64,000 nt of DNA from Alphaproteobacteria bacterium. GTDB taxonomy: Bacteria > Pseudomonadota > Alphaproteobacteria > GCA-2731375. Location: positions 256,001 to 320,000 of the forward strand of contig CBDDBZ010000032.1 of the NCBI GenBank assembly GCA_965225945.1. Direction: 5' to 3'. Below the pieces are notes generated by a model. The model was not told where the DNA came from. It saw nothing but the letters and a program-made list of their open reading frames with translations, and did not search any database. A program made the translations under genes and the position numbers. Shown here one piece after another: positions 61,373 through 64,000 of this stretch. The first letter of the stretch is position 1. Each line of letters begins with the position of its first letter.

Positions 61373-64000
61373 ACGATCTGACCCTGGCGCGCGCCGAGGC
61401 GGCGCTCTGCCTCCTGGTCAACGGCGAGGCCCGCGAGGTCCGGGCGCCGGGCGAGGAGCGGTTGAGCCGCGTGCTACGCGATTCGCTGGGGCTTACCGGC
61501 ACCAAAGTCGGTTGCGATGCGGGCGACTGCGGCGCCTGCACGGTCCTGGTCGATGGCGCGCAGGTCTGTGCCTGCCTCGTCGCCGTCGGCCAGGTCGAGG
61601 GCCTTTCCATCCTCACCGTGGAAAGCGACGATGCCCTATTGGACCGGCTGAAAGCATCGTTCCTGGCGCGCGGCGCGGCACAATGCGGGATCTGCACCCC
61701 GGGCATGTTGATGGCGGCCCGCGCGCTGCTGCAAGCGACGCCGACACCGACCGCTCGGCAGGCCCGCGACGCCTTGGGCGGCGTGCTCTGTCGCTGCACC
61801 GGCTACGTCAAGATCGTCGAGGCGGTGCTCGACGCCGGCCAGCCGGCGCCGGATTGGGAGCCGGAAATCGGTCGTGCCGTCGGCTTTTCCATGGCCAAGG
61901 TCGACGGCCGCGCCAAGGTCGACGGCACCGAGCGGTTCGGCGCGGACGAAGCACCGGCGGACGCGCTCTGGCTTCGCGTCGTCCGCTCGCCCCACGCCCG
62001 AGCCCGCTTCACCCTCGGTGATCTGGAAGCGTTCCGCGAGGCGCATCCGGGTCTGGAGCGCATTTTGAGCAGCTCCGACATCCCCGGCGGCAACGCTTAT
62101 GGCGTCTACCCTGATCTCAAGGATCAGTCCGTATTGGCCGACGGCATCACCCGGCATCGGGGCGAGGCGGTGCTCGCGCTCGTCGGCGAGCAGGAGGCGG
62201 TGGAGGCGATCGAGGTCGACGACCTGCCGATCGAGTGGACGCCGGAGCCGGCAGTCATTGGCATCGAGGCGGCCTCGGCCGGCGACGGCGCGCCGGTGCA
62301 CGAGCGCCTGCCCGACAACGTGCTGGCACGGGGGCGGTTGGCGAAGGGAGATGTCGATTCCGGTTTCGCCGAAGCCGACGTCGAGTGCGAGGTATCGATC
62401 GAGACCCCCTTCGTCGAACACGCCTATATCGAGCCGGAGGCGGGATACGCCGTACCTGTCGAGGGCGCGGAGTCCGAGCTCCACATCCACGCCTGCACCC
62501 AGGCGCCCTACATGGACCGCGACAGCGTGGCCGGAATTCTCGCCATCGCGCCGGAGCGCGTGCGGATCCGGCCGAGCGCGTGTGGCGGCGGCTTCGGCGG
62601 CAAGCTCGACCTCTCGGTGGAGCCGCTGCTGGCGGTCGCCGCATGGACGACCGGGCGGGCGGTGCGGTGCGTCTGGACCCGGCCGGAAAGCATGGCGGCG
62701 AGCCCCAAGCGTCATCCGACGCGGATCACAGCCCGGCTCGGTGCCGCGTCCGACGGGCGTCTGCTCGCTTTCGCCTTCGAGGGCGACTTCAACACCGGCG
62801 CCTATGCCTCCTGGGGCCCGACGGTGGCCGACCGCGTGCCGGTGCACGCCAGTGGGCCCTACCGCGTGGAACACGTCCGCAACCTCTCCCGGGCTCTCCA
62901 TACCAACGAGCCGCCGGCCGGCGCCTTCCGGGGCTTCGGCGTGCCACAGGCGGCGATCGCCCAGGAAGCGGTGTTGGACGACGTCGCCTATTCGCTCGGC
63001 ATGGATCGGTGGGAGATCCGTCGGCGGAACGCCTTCCGCCGGGGCGATGCGACGCCGAGCGGCCAGGTGTTGGCCGCGAGTTGCGGGCTGGTCGAATGCC
63101 TCGACGCGGTGGCGGCGGACTGGGATGCGATGCTGGCGCGGGTGGCGGCGGCGAACGCGGCCGGCGGCGAGCAACGCCACGGCGCCGGCATCGGCTGCAT
63201 GTGGTACGGCTGCGGCAACACCGCCCTCTCCAACCCCTCGTCGATGCGCTTGACGCTCAATTCCGCGGGGCGGGTCACGCTGTTCTCCGGCGCGGTCGAT
63301 ATCGGCCAGGGGGTCAACACCATCCTGATCCAGATCGTCGCCGACGCGCTTCGTCTGCCGGCCCGCGACATCGCCCTCGTCGCCGGCGATACGGCGCTGA
63401 CGGAAGACGCGGGCAAGACCTCGGCCTCGCGCCAGACCTTCGTCTCGGGCAAGGCGGCGGAGCTTGCCGCTCTCGATTTGCGCGCTCGGATTCTGGCGCT
63501 CGCCAACGTCGGGGCGGACGCCTCCCTCCGGCTCGACGGCGCGCGCGTGGTGGTGGCGGAAGGCGGTGTCCGCCGCGCGATCGACCTCGCCCGGCTGGCC
63601 AGCGACGACGAGATTGTGCTCGAGGGGCGGGGCAGCTTCGATCCGCCGACCACGCCGCTCGACGCCGACGGTCAAGGCGTGCCTTACGCGACCTACGGCT
63701 TCGCCGCGCAGATTTGCGAGTTGTCGGTCGATATCGAGCTCGGCACGGTTCGCGTCCGGCGCATCGTCGCGGCCCACGACGTCGGCGGCGCGATCAATCC
63801 GACCCTGATCGAGGGTCAGATCGAGGGCGGCATCGCCCAGGGCCTGGGCCTGGCATTGATGGAAGAATTTTTGCCGGGCCGGACCGAGAACCTGCACGAC
63901 TATCTGATCCCGACCATCGGCGACATGCCGGAGATCGACATTCGCCTGATCGAGGATCCCGAACCGCTCGGACCCCGCGGCGCCAAGGGCATCGGCGAGC
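61369..64000 (+). CDS. Fused 2Fe-2S + Mo-cofactor subunit, nicotinate-dehydrogenase-like; runs off the window
   Basis: Manual translation: GTKVGCDAGDCGACT, QCGICTPG, LCRCTGY, GGGFGGK, AFRGFG, MWYGCGNTALSNPS, GAKGIGE. Confidence 0.9.
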   Translation, partial: MNDLTLARAEAALCLLVNGEAREVRAPGEERLSRVLRDSLGLTGTKVGCDAGDCGACTVLVDGAQVCACLVAVGQVEGLSILTVESDDALLDRLKASFLARGAAQCGICTPGMLMAARALLQATPTPTARQARDALGGVLCRCTGYVKIVEAVLDAGQPAPDWEPEIGRAVGFSMAKVDGRAKVDGTERFGADEAPADALWLRVVRSPHARARFTLGDLEAFREAHPGLERILSSSDIPGGNAYGVYPDLKDQSVLADGITRHRGEAVLALVGEQEAVEAIEVDDLPIEWTPEPAVIGIEAASAGDGAPVHERLPDNVLARGRLAKGDVDSGFAEADVECEVSIETPFVEHAYIEPEAGYAVPVEGAESELHIHACTQAPYMDRDSVAGILAIAPERVRIRPSACGGGFGGKLDLSVEPLLAVAAWTTGRAVRCVWTRPESMAASPKRHPTRITARLGAASDGRLLAFAFEGDFNTGAYASWGPTVADRVPVHASGPYRVEHVRNLSRALHTNEPPAGAFRGFGVPQAAIAQEAVLDDVAYSLGMDRWEIRRRNAFRRGDATPSGQVLAASCGLVECLDAVAADWDAMLARVAAANAAGGEQRHGAGIGCMWYGCGNTALSNPSSMRLTLNSAGRVTLFSGAVDIGQGVNTILIQIVADALRLPARDIALVAGDTALTEDAGKTSASRQTFVSGKAAELAALDLRARILALANVGADASLRLDGARVVVAEGGVRRAIDLARLASDDEIVLEGRGSFDPPTTPLDADGQGVPYATYGFAAQICELSVDIELGTVRVRRIVAAHDVGGAINPTLIEGQIEGGIAQGLGLALMEEFLPGRTENLHDYLIPTIGDMPEIDIRLIEDPEPLGPRGAKGIGE

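Overview
High-GC (roughly 70%) alphaproteobacterial chromosomal segment, Rhodospirillales-like by gene content. The backbone encodes secA with a divergent parvulin PPIase, transporters, an EF-hand/ECF sigma/anti-sigma/periplasmic sensor cluster, soxBDAG, and an operon pairing a fused hydantoinase/oxoprolinase A+B with a nicotinate-dehydrogenase-like Mo hydroxylase. A lower-GC island at about 23.4-34.5 kb holds nested mobile elements: IS1595 x2, IS256, IS21, IS3, and a non-autonomous IS1595-like cassette with 43-bp perfect TIRs and a repeat-protein passenger gene. Its non-IS cargo (GST and cyclase pseudogenes) is bracketed by GGGG(A/T)CAG motifs, three of which are tandemly duplicated with their inward flank. 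The IS1595 left end has a perfect alphaproteobacterial LexA box, and the cassette TIRs contain NrdR-box-like palindromes. Several backbone genes survive only as deleted remnants (kynU, alpha-hydroxy-acid oxidase, an HTH regulator). Some oddities in the island may be assembly or polishing artefacts. No tRNA, rRNA or CRISPR array was seen. All product calls come from motif recognition by eye; no database searches were run.
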